Notes: a model not told the origin generated them from the sequence alone. Shown: positions 30,786-39,723, counted from the stretch's first letter. The stretch: DNA of 64,000 nucleotides from Patescibacteria group bacterium (GCA_040389385.1 JAZKAA010000003.1:39295-103294), one strand, 5' to 3'. Program-made: numbers and translations.

Positions 30786-31001
30786 CTAGCCGATTACAAC
30801 AGCAACAAAGGCTGCCAAGAACAGAGCTGCAATTGTTACGGCGGTGATAGGCAGCGGCATTAAAGCCGACACCAATGACGGCCCGCGGTCCTGCACCAAC
30901 GGCTGCTGCGGGACCCAGCTGATATCAGCCGGCGTGGGCCTGCGCGGAGGGGGTGGCCCCTTCCACTGATCAACCCGGCGGCGGATTACTTGTGCTGACA
31001 T
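30786..31001 (-). CDS. Small hypothetical protein with C-terminal TM (accessory cassette)
   Basis: G-rich SD, terminator at about 30755-30788. Confidence 0.55.
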   Translation of the reverse strand: MSAQVIRRRVDQWKGPPPPRRPTPADISWVPQQPLVQDRGPSLVSALMPLPITAVTIAALFLAAFVAVVIG

Positions 31002-31042
31002 GGTACGCCCCTTTCTCCCCCACTATGCCACGGCTTTTGTAC

Positions 31043-31390
31043 TTAAGCAATCTCTTTTAGCACCACCAAATGCGCGTGCAGGTGATCAGGTATTGAGCCC
31101 ATGCGCGGGGTTGCCTCTATCCAAAAGTCATACAGCTTGTTGATAACATCGGCGCGTATTTGTTGGAGCTCGGCCCACGCCTCGGCAGATACATCTTTGG
31201 TGATGCAGTGCTCAACCGGCACTATCATGTCATGCTTGCCCGCCACCAAGTCGTAGGGGAACTTATTTTCGACTATCTTCCAGTGTTTAAAAGTCTGCAG
31301 GGCCGGCGCGTCGCACAGCCGGCAGCCGTTGTCCAACCCGCCTTTGTGCTTGTACGCGTCGTACGCGGCCTGGGCTTCTTTAGTGCGCAT
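31043..31390 (-). CDS. HIT-like nucleotide-binding protein
   Basis: CRLC, NKFPY, HLHAHL. Confidence 0.75.
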   Translation of the reverse strand: MRTKEAQAAYDAYKHKGGLDNGCRLCDAPALQTFKHWKIVENKFPYDLVAGKHDMIVPVEHCITKDVSAEAWAELQQIRADVINKLYDFWIEATPRMGSIPDHLHAHLVVLKEIA

Positions 31391-31429
31391 GCGCAGTATT
31401 TTAACAAATAAAAAAGAAAAGTCCCGCTC

Positions 31430-31633
31430 CTAAGAGCGGGCCGGCGTCAGATATCCAAAATACTGATTCTCCCAGTAGAGCGCTACCGGGGGCACAAACA
31501 TCCAAAAACAAATCGCAGCGTTTGCCGCAGCCATTGCAGTCCATGCCTCCAGGTCGCGGACGGGAGTCGCCTGCTGACGCTTGGTAGCTCGGTCAAAGAT
31601 CTGCACCGCTTCTTGCCCGTGTGTACTGACCAT
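31430..31633 (-). CDS. Small hypothetical protein (accessory cassette)
   Basis: GGGAG SD before the ATG at 31633; terminator hairpin overlaps the stop. Confidence 0.5.
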   Translation of the reverse strand: MVSTHGQEAVQIFDRATKRQQATPVRDLEAWTAMAAANAAICFWMFVPPVALYWENQYFGYLTPARS

Positions 31634-31644
31634 AGCATCTCTCC

Positions 31645-32244
31645 CTAAAAGCCCCTCCCCAACTGTAGCACCTGTTTTAAATCCTCTACCGAGGTAAACA
31701 AAAACGCGTTGATGCCGACCGAGCGGGCGGAGTCGACATTGTGCTGCATGTCGTCCCAAAACCACATCTCTTGGGGCGTGTAGCGCCTCTCCCATCGCTT
31801 GATAATTTCCTTAAAAAACTCCGGTTGCGATTTGGTATAGCCCAAGTCGCACGCAAACCAGGCACCGTTAAGCCGCCCGAGCAACTTTTGCACTATATAT
31901 TCGCTGCGGTATACCTCCTGGTCGCTTGCGAGATAGCACTCCGTTCCCTGTTTTTGCAGTTCTTTCGTTACAGCCAAAACCTCCTCGTCTAACTCTGTGT
32001 CGTTGCTAAACCACCACTCCAGATACTCCTCCACCGACTTAGGCCAGCCCCATGCGGGCAAACGTTTAGCCAGCTCCTCTTTCAAATCCGCTTTGCCTCG
32101 TGTACAGAGTTTGAACTCATTTTTAAAAAACGTCTCCACCTCCTCTCTCGGTGCGCCGTACTCGCGGCAAAACCGCTCGCTAAAGTACTCGGGCGATTTC
32201 TTAAATACAACCCCATCCGCATCCAGCAATACAACCTTTTTCAT
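31645..32244 (-). CDS. HAD-family hydrolase
   Basis: LLDADGV, K..P, FWDD...NVDSARSVG. Confidence 0.88.
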   Translation of the reverse strand: MKKVVLLDADGVVFKKSPEYFSERFCREYGAPREEVETFFKNEFKLCTRGKADLKEELAKRLPAWGWPKSVEEYLEWWFSNDTELDEEVLAVTKELQKQGTECYLASDQEVYRSEYIVQKLLGRLNGAWFACDLGYTKSQPEFFKEIIKRWERRYTPQEMWFWDDMQHNVDSARSVGINAFLFTSVEDLKQVLQLGRGF

Positions 32245-32257
32245 ATAGCCATTATTA

Positions 32258-32533
32258 CTATTCAAGCTTTTTGCAAAATACTTGAATAACTTCTGCGCGG
32301 GCAGTTAATTTGTGCCGTACATTTAATCCATCAGAACGCTTCAGAACAAGTCCGGCAATTGCCATTTTGCGCAAATGGTCCGAGATGTTGAAATAGCTAC
32401 TCCCTAATCGCTCCGCTATTTCATCCACAGCAAGCTCGGGCTCCTTTTTGAGTACATCCAAAATTTCAATCCGCCGATGGTTGGCAAATCCTTTGACTAT
32501 CCGCTCTAGCTTTCTGTACTCGTTTGGTTTCAT
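32258..32533 (-). CDS. ArsR-like winged-helix DNA-binding protein
   Basis: KGFANHRRIEIL...VDEIAE...ISDHLRKMAIAGLV. Confidence 0.88.
   Translation of the reverse strand: MKPNEYRKLERIVKGFANHRRIEILDVLKKEPELAVDEIAERLGSSYFNISDHLRKMAIAGLVLKRSDGLNVRHKLTARAEVIQVFCKKLE
32260..32287. repeat. 28-bp palindrome at the 3' end of the ArsR-like gene
   Basis: ATTCAAGCTTTTTGCAAAATACTTGAAT. Confidence 0.85.
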
Positions 32534-32559
32534 TCAAGTATTTTGCAAAATGCTTGAAT
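32532..32559. repeat. 28-bp palindrome at the 5' end of the ArsR-like gene
   Basis: ATTCAAGTATTTTGCAAAATGCTTGAAT; overlaps the start codon. Confidence 0.85.
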
Positions 32560-32567
32560 TAATACTA

Positions 32568-32819
32568 CTACACTTTAGTGAAGCGGGCGATTTGGGTGCC
32601 TTGCCATTCGACCAGCTCGGCCCACTCGCGGAGCGGGCGGGTAAAGTAGGGCGCGCCGGGGCCGGGGTACATAGGCTCGTACACCACCATCCACTCGTTG
32701 TCGTTGGAGTGCAGCGCAAGTAGCACCACTTTGTAGCTGTCACCTTTGTAATGCCTATATGCCTCCTCCGCCTTTGGCGCATCTGCAGGCAGTAGCGGCA
32801 CTAAGTCTCCCTTACTCAT
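32568..32819 (-). CDS. DUF1653-like protein
   Basis: YRHYKG..Y.V...HS....MVVY...RP. Confidence 0.8.
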   Translation of the reverse strand: MSKGDLVPLLPADAPKAEEAYRHYKGDSYKVVLLALHSNDNEWMVVYEPMYPGPGAPYFTRPLREWAELVEWQGTQIARFTKV

Positions 32820-32861
32820 CGCTTGAGTATACAAACAAAAAGCCCGCTCTGTTGATCGGGA

Positions 32862-33610
32862 CTAACCGTCTGGATATGTCCGGATTGCCTCAAACTTACA
32901 CGCGTCAAGGATGTCCCGCTCATCCGGCTTGACTAGCCAGTGAGCGGGGCGATTGCGAATAGGCCGCAGTGTGTCGTTGGACAAACGCCGTAAGACATCC
33001 ACCTGGAGCGCGTGCTCTTGCCGCAGTATGCGGCGCTTGAGCCCCTTTGGAGTATCCACTTTTGTACGGTCGTTGATGTCGACACGCCTAACACCAAGTA
33101 CCTCGCCCCGGTCGAGCTCACCGACCCGATGCGCGACGGCCTCGGTCCAGTAATTGCGCTCCACCCTGCGACAAAAAAGTATTGCGGTCTGCATCACACG
33201 GCGCCCATGCATACCCTTGCCACCATAGTCATAACCGGGTGGTGCTTTTGGATCGAGACAGCCCGGATGCTGGTTGACCGACATATTGCGGAAGTGCTTT
33301 GCAACCGCGTCCGGGGTCAGCGGCAACAGGCCATACTGCCCCAAAAATTGATGCCGTACCTTTTGCAGTTGGTGAGGATAAAGTCGGCGAGCATGTCCGG
33401 GTCTTTGGAGTAGCCCTTGGGATACACCAAGATGCGCTCGCGCGGGACCCCCTCCTCCTGCATCAAGCTGATGAGCCCGGCCTTTTCCGAACTGGCAAAC
33501 ACCAGGCCAATCTGGACCTTGGGCAACCGCCCATCCTTGGTGGCGCGCTGGATAGTCGCCATCGTCGTACCGCCGCCACTGCCGGCGACAGCCGCATTAA
33601 TACTGATCAT
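32862..33610 (-). pseudogene. purN: Phosphoribosylglycinamide formyltransferase-like gene split by a single frameshift
   Basis: SGGGTT N-terminal motif in one frame; NQHPG, GGKGMHG, H.V..LDRG, EH in the next frame; junction at about 33343-33350. Confidence 0.75.
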
Positions 33611-33685
33611 GGTGCAGTCCTCTCTTCCGTAGACAAACCGATCCGCCCCCACCTTACTGCATCATGCGCAGTAGTTCAAATTTAG

Positions 33686-33709
33686 GTACGTACATAATTA
33701 CGTACTTTT
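33686..33709. repeat. TACGTAC motif pair with 12-bp spacing
   Basis: GTACGTAC at 33686 and TTACGTAC at 33698; same motif at 14191 and 40824-40855. Confidence 0.6.
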
Positions 33710-33712
33710 GCT

Positions 33713-33740
33713 ATGCTAGTGTTTTGCAAAACACTAGCAT
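33713..33740. repeat. Perfect 28-bp palindrome, intergenic
   Basis: ATGCTAGTGTTTTGCAAAACACTAGCAT. Confidence 0.85.
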
Positions 33741-33747
33741 AAGGAAA

Positions 33748-33879
33748 TTATGAGCTCCAAAATATTGTCTTTAAAAATGAAACTACAACGTCAATAATAT
33801 CCACCTTCGGATTGCGATACACTATCAGACCAAAAGCTATCCCGAGGAAAAGTAAAATAACTATAAAAGTTATATTCAT
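33748..33879 (-). CDS. Small AT-rich membrane peptide (43 aa)
   Basis: Manual translation MNITFIVILLFLGIAFGLIVYRNPKVD... Confidence 0.45.
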   Translation of the reverse strand: MNITFIVILLFLGIAFGLIVYRNPKVDIIDVVVSFLKTIFWSS

Positions 33880-33933
33880 GCCATTACTCTACCAAAGAAA
33901 AAGCCCGCGAGTAATCTCGCGGGCTACATCGGC

Positions 33934-34173
33934 TCACACGATGGCGTAGAGTCTGCCGTCGTGGCCCGGGGCGTAGTGCGGGTCCATCTTGCGCCTATAA
34001 GCGACGTACTCGGCCTCGGTCGCAAAGTCCTTGCGCTCCGGCCAACCCATGCCCCAGCCCCAGCCATGCGGGACGCCGGTGTCGCCGCCCGTTTTTGCTT
34101 TTTGCTTTGCTCTCAAGGCAGCCTTTACCTTGTGCCGCTCGATCGACTTTTCGACCGCACTCTTCTTTCTCAT
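33934..34173 (-). CDS. Small basic hypothetical protein downstream of the T-box
   Basis: AGGAG SD; terminator AGCCCGCGAG/CTCGCGGGCT at about 33897-33926. Confidence 0.6.
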   Translation of the reverse strand: MRKKSAVEKSIERHKVKAALRAKQKAKTGGDTGVPHGWGWGMGWPERKDFATEAEYVAYRRKMDPHYAPGHDGRLYAIV

Positions 34174-34189
34174 GCTCTGCTCCTGTGTG

Positions 34190-34443
34190 AGAAAAAGAAA
34201 AAGCTCGCCACTACAAAGAACTTTCGTTCCGTGTAAAGACGAGACTTCTCTCGTGGTACCACTTTACGTTTGTCCAAATATTGCTATTTGGACCTTGGTA
34301 GCTAGCTTTGGCCTGTTTAACTTCTAGGCAACACTAGCCTCCCTGTTTTACGCTTGGGCCTGCGTCGCAAGTTATTAGCCTGCGCAGCTCCCGAGCCGGT
34401 TCCCCTTCGCAAGCAAAGGGTACTGTTCCCGTTCATCGCTTTG
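34190..34443 (-). promoter_or_regulatory. T-box riboswitch, probable Pro (CCG) specifier, short stem I
   Basis: GCGATGA K-turn, AGTA box, GAA-CCG-G specifier loop, AAAGTGGTACCACG antiterminator, terminator plus U-run. Confidence 0.8.
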
Positions 34444-34474
34444 TATTTTGATAGTAACGTTTTAAAAACTTTGG

Positions 34475-34812
34475 TCAAGCAACCGGTTTTATCTGCCCCA
34501 AACCCTCTAACACCTGCACATTAGGGAGGGAGGCGAGGAAGGAGCCTGGGACCAACAGTTTGGACTTGCGGATGCCGGCGCCTATTATTACGTGCGCGGA
34601 GTCGACGACGGCTTTGTCTACTAATATAGGCCAGCTTGCGGGCAGGCCAATAGGAGTGATTGCGCCAAACTCCATGCCGCTCCCCTGCACAGCCTCCTCC
34701 ATCGGTGCAAAAGAAATCTTTTTGGTGCCAAGCACGTCGCGCACAAGGCCGTTAACATCCGCGCGCGTTGTCGCGAGTATTACGCAAGCAACGTACTGCA
34801 CCTCCTCTATTT
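34475..34812 (-). pseudogene. YbaK/ProX aminoacyl-tRNA editing protein, 5'-truncated
   Basis: KISFAPMEEAVQGSGMEFGAITPIG, IIGAGIRKSKL; N-terminal part missing. Confidence 0.72.
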
Positions 34813-34842
34813 TTCTTTGTCCCAAGCTTTAATCTTGGGAGT

Positions 34843-35226
34843 TTATAAGTCAGGAAAAGCTTTTTGGCACGTTGTTGTTTGTCCATTAGCAAATGTAACC
34901 GTAGTAGTGGGGTCCTGCTTACACCAACTTCTATATCTTGTTTCATTAGATGCTTGTTGATCCAAAATAGGCTTTACCTGGAGGTACGCGAGAAATATTT
35001 GTACACACGCGAGAACGAAAAGAAGGGAATTCAGCCAAAATACCAGTGAGTTAAATTCCTTAGTTTCTTCATTGTTACGAGTGATTGTATCGTTCAGTTT
35101 CTTTAAACTTCTCCGTGTCAATTCTTCCGACGGAAGTACTCCAAAAGTTGGATTGTTAGTATTTGTCCACTGCAATAATTCCTCATCAGTAGCGTGCTGA
35201 AGAGGTTTTGGAAAAAGGTTTGGCAT
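34843..35226 (-). CDS. AT-rich hypothetical membrane protein
   Basis: 127-aa ORF with one TM, visibly lower GC than gyrA. Confidence 0.6.
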   Translation of the reverse strand: MPNLFPKPLQHATDEELLQWTNTNNPTFGVLPSEELTRRSLKKLNDTITRNNEETKEFNSLVFWLNSLLFVLACVQIFLAYLQVKPILDQQASNETRYRSWCKQDPTTTVTFANGQTTTCQKAFPDL

Positions 35227-35229
35227 ATT

Positions 35230-37743
35230 TTACAAACAAACGAAAGATGCTATCGCGTCGCCTTCTCTCAATTTCATTACACGGACGCCTTGGGTACTGC
35301 GGGAAAGACTGGGGATTTCTTTCAATTCAGTTCTTATGACTTGGCCTTTTTTGGAGATTACGACGATTTCGTCTTCGCCTACGCCTTCCTCTTTAGAAAT
35401 TACTTGCGCGGCGATTAGGGGGCCGGTTTTGGCGGTCATGTTCATTGTCTTGATGCCCGAGCCGCCGCGGCCTTGAGTTTTGTACTCGGTAGTCTTGGTA
35501 GTTTTGCCGTAACCGTTGCGCGACACTACAAGCACCTCGTATTTGTCGCCTTCTTTGCCCTTGGGGATTACATCGGCGCCCACTATGGTGTCGCCGGCAC
35601 TCAACTTCATCCCGCGTACGCCACCGGCACTGCGGCCCATCGGGCGCACATCTCCCTCTTTAAACCGGATTGACTGCCCCTTGGCCGTGCTCAAAAAGAT
35701 TTCGTCACCCTTCTCTACCAACAACGCGGCAATCAACTCATCACCCCCGCCTCGCGTCGGCTCGCCTTTGCGAGTCGAGGCGGGCTTTTGCATCAACTTA
35801 ATTGCAATCAAGCCCGAGCGGCGTACATCATGGAACGCGGTTGCATCACACTTTTTGACAGTGCCCTGCTTGGTAATCATATATAGATACTTCTCGCCCT
35901 CTTTCTGCTTCTTGCGCATCGGGAGTATCGAGGTAATCCGCTCCTCGCCCGAGACGGAGAGGAAGTTAACTATAGGCCGGCCCTTTGTAGAGCGCTTGCC
36001 CTCGGGCAACTCGTACATCTTGAGCTGGTACGCCTTGCCCGCGTTAGTAAAGAAGAGCAGATCGCTGTGGGTCGAGGTGGTAAGGAACGTCGTTACAAAG
36101 TCCTCCTCCTTGGTATCAAGGTCAATAACCCCTACCCCGCCGCGCTTTTGCTTGCGGAACTCCTCGGGGTTGGTGCGCTTAACATAGCCGCCTTGGGTCA
36201 ACACCACCACCTGCTCCTCGTCGGGCACCAGGTCCTCGACGTTGATGATGCCTGCGGCACTCTTCATCACCGTGGTCTGGCGGTCGTCGGCAAACTTTTT
36301 GGCGACATCGGCAAACTCGGTCTTAACTACGCCGAGCATTTTCTTTTCGCTCTTAAGCAAAGCAGTCCACTCCTCTATAAGCGCCTGCACCTCGGCAAGC
36401 TCGTCCTCTACCTTTTTGCGCTCGAGGTTGGCAAGCCGGCTGAGGCGCATCTCCAAAATTGCTTTGGCCTGCAGCTCACTAAACTTAAACTTTTTAATCA
36501 AATTGATCTCAGCCTCGGCAACATCTTTAGATGCCCTGATGACTTTAATCACCTCGTCGATATGGTCGAGCGCTTTAGTAAGCCCGAGCAAAATATGCTC
36601 GCGCTCCTGTGCGCGCGTAAGGTCAAACTGCGTGCGGCGCTTGACCACCTCTTTGCGGTGCTTGATAAACTCTTCCAAAATCCCTTTGAGCGAGAGTGTT
36701 TGAGGCACCCCGTCTACAAGGACAACCATGTTGAAGTGGAACGTGTCCTCTAAAGCCGTGTGCTTGTACAAATAGTTGAGCACCTTTTGCGGATGTGCGC
36801 CCTGCTTGAGGTCTATAACAATACGGATATCGCTTGTGGACTCGTCGCGCAGCCCGCGGATGCCGTCTATCTTTTTATCGCGCACCAAGTCGGCGACACG
36901 GACAATAAGATCGGCTTTGTTGACGCGGTATGGCAGGCTCGTGATGATGATTTGGTAGTCGCCCTTTTTCCCTTCCACAGTCTCGGCGACGCCGCGCACA
37001 ACAAGCGGCCCGCGGCCGGTGGAGTACGCATGGAGCAAATCTTTTTTATTAAACGCAACCGCCCCGGTCGGAAAGTCGGGTCCGGACACAAACTGCATAA
37101 GGTCCTCTACAGTTGCGTCGGGTGTATCTATCAAGTGCGCGAGCGCCTGCATCAACTCGCCCAAGTGGTGCGGCGGGATGTTGGTCGCCATACCGACAGC
37201 AATGCCGAGCGTGCCGTTGAGCAAAATGTTGGGCACGGTAGATGGGAGCACCTCGGGCTCTTTGAGCGTGCCGTCGTAGTTGGGGCGCCAGTTGACCGTA
37301 TCCTTTTCCAAATCCTGCAGGAGCTGCGTGGCCATCGTAGACATCTTGGCCTCGGTGTAGCGCATGGCTGCCGCACTATCGCCGTCTATCGAGCCAAAGT
37401 TGCCCTGCCCTACCACCAACGGGTAGCGCATCGCAAAAAGCTGCGTCATCTTGACCATCGCCTCGTACACGGCACTGTCGCCATGTGGATGGTACTTGCC
37501 GAGCACGTCGCCCACCACGAGCGCGCTTTTGCGGAAGCGCGACTGTGGTGTGAGCCCCAGCCGGTGCATGGTGTAGAGGATGCGGCGGTGCACGGGCTTG
37601 AGCCCGTCGCGCACATCGGGCAGCGCGCGCGATGTGATAACCGACATGGCGTAGTCGAGGTACGCCTCGCGCATCTCGGTTGAGATGTTACGTCCTATCG
37701 TTTTGCCGCCGTTGTGGGGCTTTTTATCTTCCATGTCTGCCAT
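35230..37743 (-). CDS. gyrA: DNA gyrase subunit A
   Basis: [29 protein letters not shown], GyrA-box QKRGGVG, beta-pinwheel repeats. Confidence 0.98.
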   Translation of the reverse strand: MADMEDKKPHNGGKTIGRNISTEMREAYLDYAMSVITSRALPDVRDGLKPVHRRILYTMHRLGLTPQSRFRKSALVVGDVLGKYHPHGDSAVYEAMVKMTQLFAMRYPLVVGQGNFGSIDGDSAAAMRYTEAKMSTMATQLLQDLEKDTVNWRPNYDGTLKEPEVLPSTVPNILLNGTLGIAVGMATNIPPHHLGELMQALAHLIDTPDATVEDLMQFVSGPDFPTGAVAFNKKDLLHAYSTGRGPLVVRGVAETVEGKKGDYQIIITSLPYRVNKADLIVRVADLVRDKKIDGIRGLRDESTSDIRIVIDLKQGAHPQKVLNYLYKHTALEDTFHFNMVVLVDGVPQTLSLKGILEEFIKHRKEVVKRRTQFDLTRAQEREHILLGLTKALDHIDEVIKVIRASKDVAEAEINLIKKFKFSELQAKAILEMRLSRLANLERKKVEDELAEVQALIEEWTALLKSEKKMLGVVKTEFADVAKKFADDRQTTVMKSAAGIINVEDLVPDEEQVVVLTQGGYVKRTNPEEFRKQKRGGVGVIDLDTKEEDFVTTFLTTSTHSDLLFFTNAGKAYQLKMYELPEGKRSTKGRPIVNFLSVSGEERITSILPMRKKQKEGEKYLYMITKQGTVKKCDATAFHDVRRSGLIAIKLMQKPASTRKGEPTRGGGDELIAALLVEKGDEIFLSTAKGQSIRFKEGDVRPMGRSAGGVRGMKLSAGDTIVGADVIPKGKEGDKYEVLVVSRNGYGKTTKTTEYKTQGRGGSGIKTMNMTAKTGPLIAAQVISKEEGVGEDEIVVISKKGQVIRTELKEIPSLSRSTQGVRVMKLREGDAIASFVCL
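35746..35784. repeat. 39-bp hairpin inserted in frame in the gyrA CTD
   Basis: CCCGCCTCG...CGAGGCGGG encodes [13 protein letters not shown]; related copy at 53777. Confidence 0.8.
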
Positions 37744-37748
37744 ATGCG

Positions 37749-37997
37749 CTAGTAGTTATATAAAGTTGTGCTGGCAACCTCAAGCTGCGCAGGGTTGTAC
37801 TGCGCGGCCGCCGCTGCGGCGGCCACTTGGTCGCTCGCTGTTGCCTTGGCTGCAACCGTGTCGGTGTTGAGCCGCGCCGGCAGCGTTACCAACCACGCCA
37901 ACGCAAACAGGCCCGTGATTGCGCCCGCAATACGCAGCGCGTGCTTGCGGCGCACATGCGGCTCTTGCAACTTGATGTGGTTAAAGTATTGCTTCAT
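37749..37997 (-). CDS. Small membrane hypothetical protein
   Basis: 82 aa, one TM, upstream of gyrA. Confidence 0.65.
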   Translation of the reverse strand: MKQYFNHIKLQEPHVRRKHALRIAGAITGLFALAWLVTLPARLNTDTVAAKATASDQVAAAAAAAQYNPAQLEVASTTLYNY

Positions 37998-38002
37998 TTT
38001 AT

Positions 38003-38611
38003 TTAGTGAGAGAGCACCACAACCTCGACCTCTTTACCCTCCAAATCTTTTCTCTTGACCGTCAGCTTGTCCTCCGGCTTGGTGCCCTCGGCGCCCGCCT
38101 CTTTAAGAAATGCCTTGAGCTGCGCCGCGTCGTAGTGCATCGGCACCACCACTTTTGGCTCGAGTTTGACCGACAGCTTGTACGCCTCGGCGGCGCCGAG
38201 TGTGGCAAGCGGCACAAACAGCACGTCTATGTCGTCGAGCTCTTGCTTGGCCGCCGCGGGCACATCGCCTGTTTGCGCGCCCAAAAAGGCCAAGTTCATC
38301 CCCTCTAGGGTTACGCCGTAGACGGTATTTATTTTTTGCTCGCCGTCGTACGGCACCGTGTTGCCAAAGCCGCGCACTTGCACGCCCTTTATCTCGTACT
38401 CGCCCGGGCCCTCGACAACAAACGGCTCGCGCTCGCCAAAGGCGGCGTTTTCTACCCCCGCAAAGTCGTCGTGATGCATGCTCACAAGGGCGATATCGGC
38501 GCCAAATTTAGTCGCCGCAATGGAGGAGTCTTTGGACGGGGGGTTGTACGCAATGGTCAAATCACCCTGCGTGATTTTGAAGCATTCACCGCCCTGGTAA
38601 CTGATCACCAT
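38003..38611 (-). CDS. MBL-fold metallo-hydrolase-like protein
   Basis: GPGEYEIKGV, DIDVLFVP, EPKVVVPMHY. Confidence 0.82.
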   Translation of the reverse strand: MVISYQGGECFKITQGDLTIAYNPPSKDSSIAATKFGADIALVSMHHDDFAGVENAAFGEREPFVVEGPGEYEIKGVQVRGFGNTVPYDGEQKINTVYGVTLEGMNLAFLGAQTGDVPAAAKQELDDIDVLFVPLATLGAAEAYKLSVKLEPKVVVPMHYDAAQLKAFLKEAGAEGTKPEDKLTVKRKDLEGKEVEVVVLSH

Positions 38612-38683
38612 ATGGCTTAATTCTAGCATATTTCAGCCATTTTTGCTACCATAAAAACATCGCAGTTTAGTAGGAGTTCTTCG

Positions 38684-38866
38684 ATGGCTGACAAGCATGG
38701 CGCAGTCACTAAAAAGACGGCAGCGGAGCAGCGCCGAACGCAACATGCCAAAGACCAGGTGCGCAAGCTCCCTCCTCACGCCTCTGTGGTTTCCGCGCGC
38801 CGTTGTGGTAGCCCAAGCTTGGGCCATATCCCCCTCCGGCCCTTTAGCGGCCTCGATAAGAAGTAG
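38684..38866 (+). CDS. Small basic hypothetical protein (accessory cassette)
   Basis: AGGAG SD; terminator CCCCAGC-aac-GCTGGGG plus T-run at the stop. Confidence 0.5.
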   Translation: MADKHGAVTKKTAAEQRRTQHAKDQVRKLPPHASVVSARRCGSPSLGHIPLRPFSGLDKK

Positions 38867-38891
38867 CCCCAGCAACGCTGGGGTATTTTTT

Positions 38892-38914
38892 TACCCTGAG
38901 CCTGTCGAAGGGTT
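38892..38914. repeat. REP-like repeat TACCCTGAGCCTGTCGAAGGGTT
   Basis: 22 of 23 bases identical to 39328-39350. Confidence 0.8.
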
Positions 38915-39056
38915 GTCCCGTATTAATTGACTTTTCAGGCAAGGCGGGTTAGGATGGAGGCACGTTCGGGCGAAAGACCGCGAGGTCCAGTACCACCTAT
39001 GAGGTGGTATTTCGTTTGTGACGGGGAGATCATTAATTTACGAGGGGACAGTACCA

Positions 39057-39266
39057 ATGCAAAGTTGGGAACTCGGAATATCGCAGAGGATGCAACGGCA
39101 CGGTGGCAGCAACAAGGCACCGGCCAAGAAGCAGCTCTACAAGAGCGACTTGATCGAGGTCGAGCCTCGCACAACCGACACCAACCCTGGTGACGGTCGC
39201 AAGCACATCTACGACGGCGCCTACGCGGCGTACCAGCATCATCAGTCGCAACAAGCGACGGTCTGA
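39057..39266 (+). CDS. Small hypothetical protein (accessory cassette)
   Basis: TTGACT-17-TAGGAT promoter at 38927, GAGGGG SD, terminator at about 39296-39325. Confidence 0.5.
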   Translation: MQSWELGISQRMQRHGGSNKAPAKKQLYKSDLIEVEPRTTDTNPGDGRKHIYDGAYAAYQHHQSQQATV

Positions 39267-39327
39267 TTCCGAGGGAGGAATCGCCCCACCCACAAGCCCG
39301 ACCAACACTGTTGGCGGGTTTTTTATT

Positions 39328-39350
39328 TACCCTGAGCTTGTCGAAGGGTT
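39328..39350. repeat. REP-like repeat TACCCTGAGCTTGTCGAAGGGTT
   Basis: Second copy, again directly after a terminator. Confidence 0.8.
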
Positions 39351-39581
39351 TGTGCACAGCGGCGTTGACAGGTTTTCTGCAAGCGCTACTGTTACCTTGC
39401 ACACCCCGCGGCCCCTGTCCAAGGTTCGTCCTGGATGACACAGTGGAGCGGAAGATGGTGATGCGAACCTGGAGAACGGTCATGAAAATGACTATCGCGC
39501 GCGTCTCGGCTCACGACGGATCCTAAGTCAGGGTCGTCGTTGAGCTGATGCTTTGCTGGGCTCGGAAGAGCCTTACTATCG

Positions 39582-39618
39582 GCCCCCGGTGATTCGTCAC
39601 CGGGGGTTGAATCTTTTT
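39582..39618 (+). terminator. Intrinsic terminator
   Basis: CCCCCGGTGA-ttcg-TCACCGGGGG plus a T-rich tail. Confidence 0.7.
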
Positions 39619-39723
39619 ATATACCGTGTATAGTGCCTATCAATAAGAAGCCTCGTGCTTTTTATTAACCGGCTCGGTGTTAATCCTGGCATTTAGCTAG
39701 AGCGCCGACCAACAACCAAATAA

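Noticed and set aside
34451-34478. AACGTTTTAAAAACTTT, a possible degenerate 28-bp palindrome upstream of the T-box
   Set aside because: Core and arms are too diverged to count as a copy without a PWM scan
29340-35226. Accessory-rich stretch as a prophage or integrative element
   Set aside because: No integrase, structural, replication or conjugation genes, and no att duplication; native-type genes are interleaved
38892-39350. Two 23-bp direct repeats as a CRISPR array
   Set aside because: Only two copies, 436 bp apart, with no cas genes; treated as REP-like
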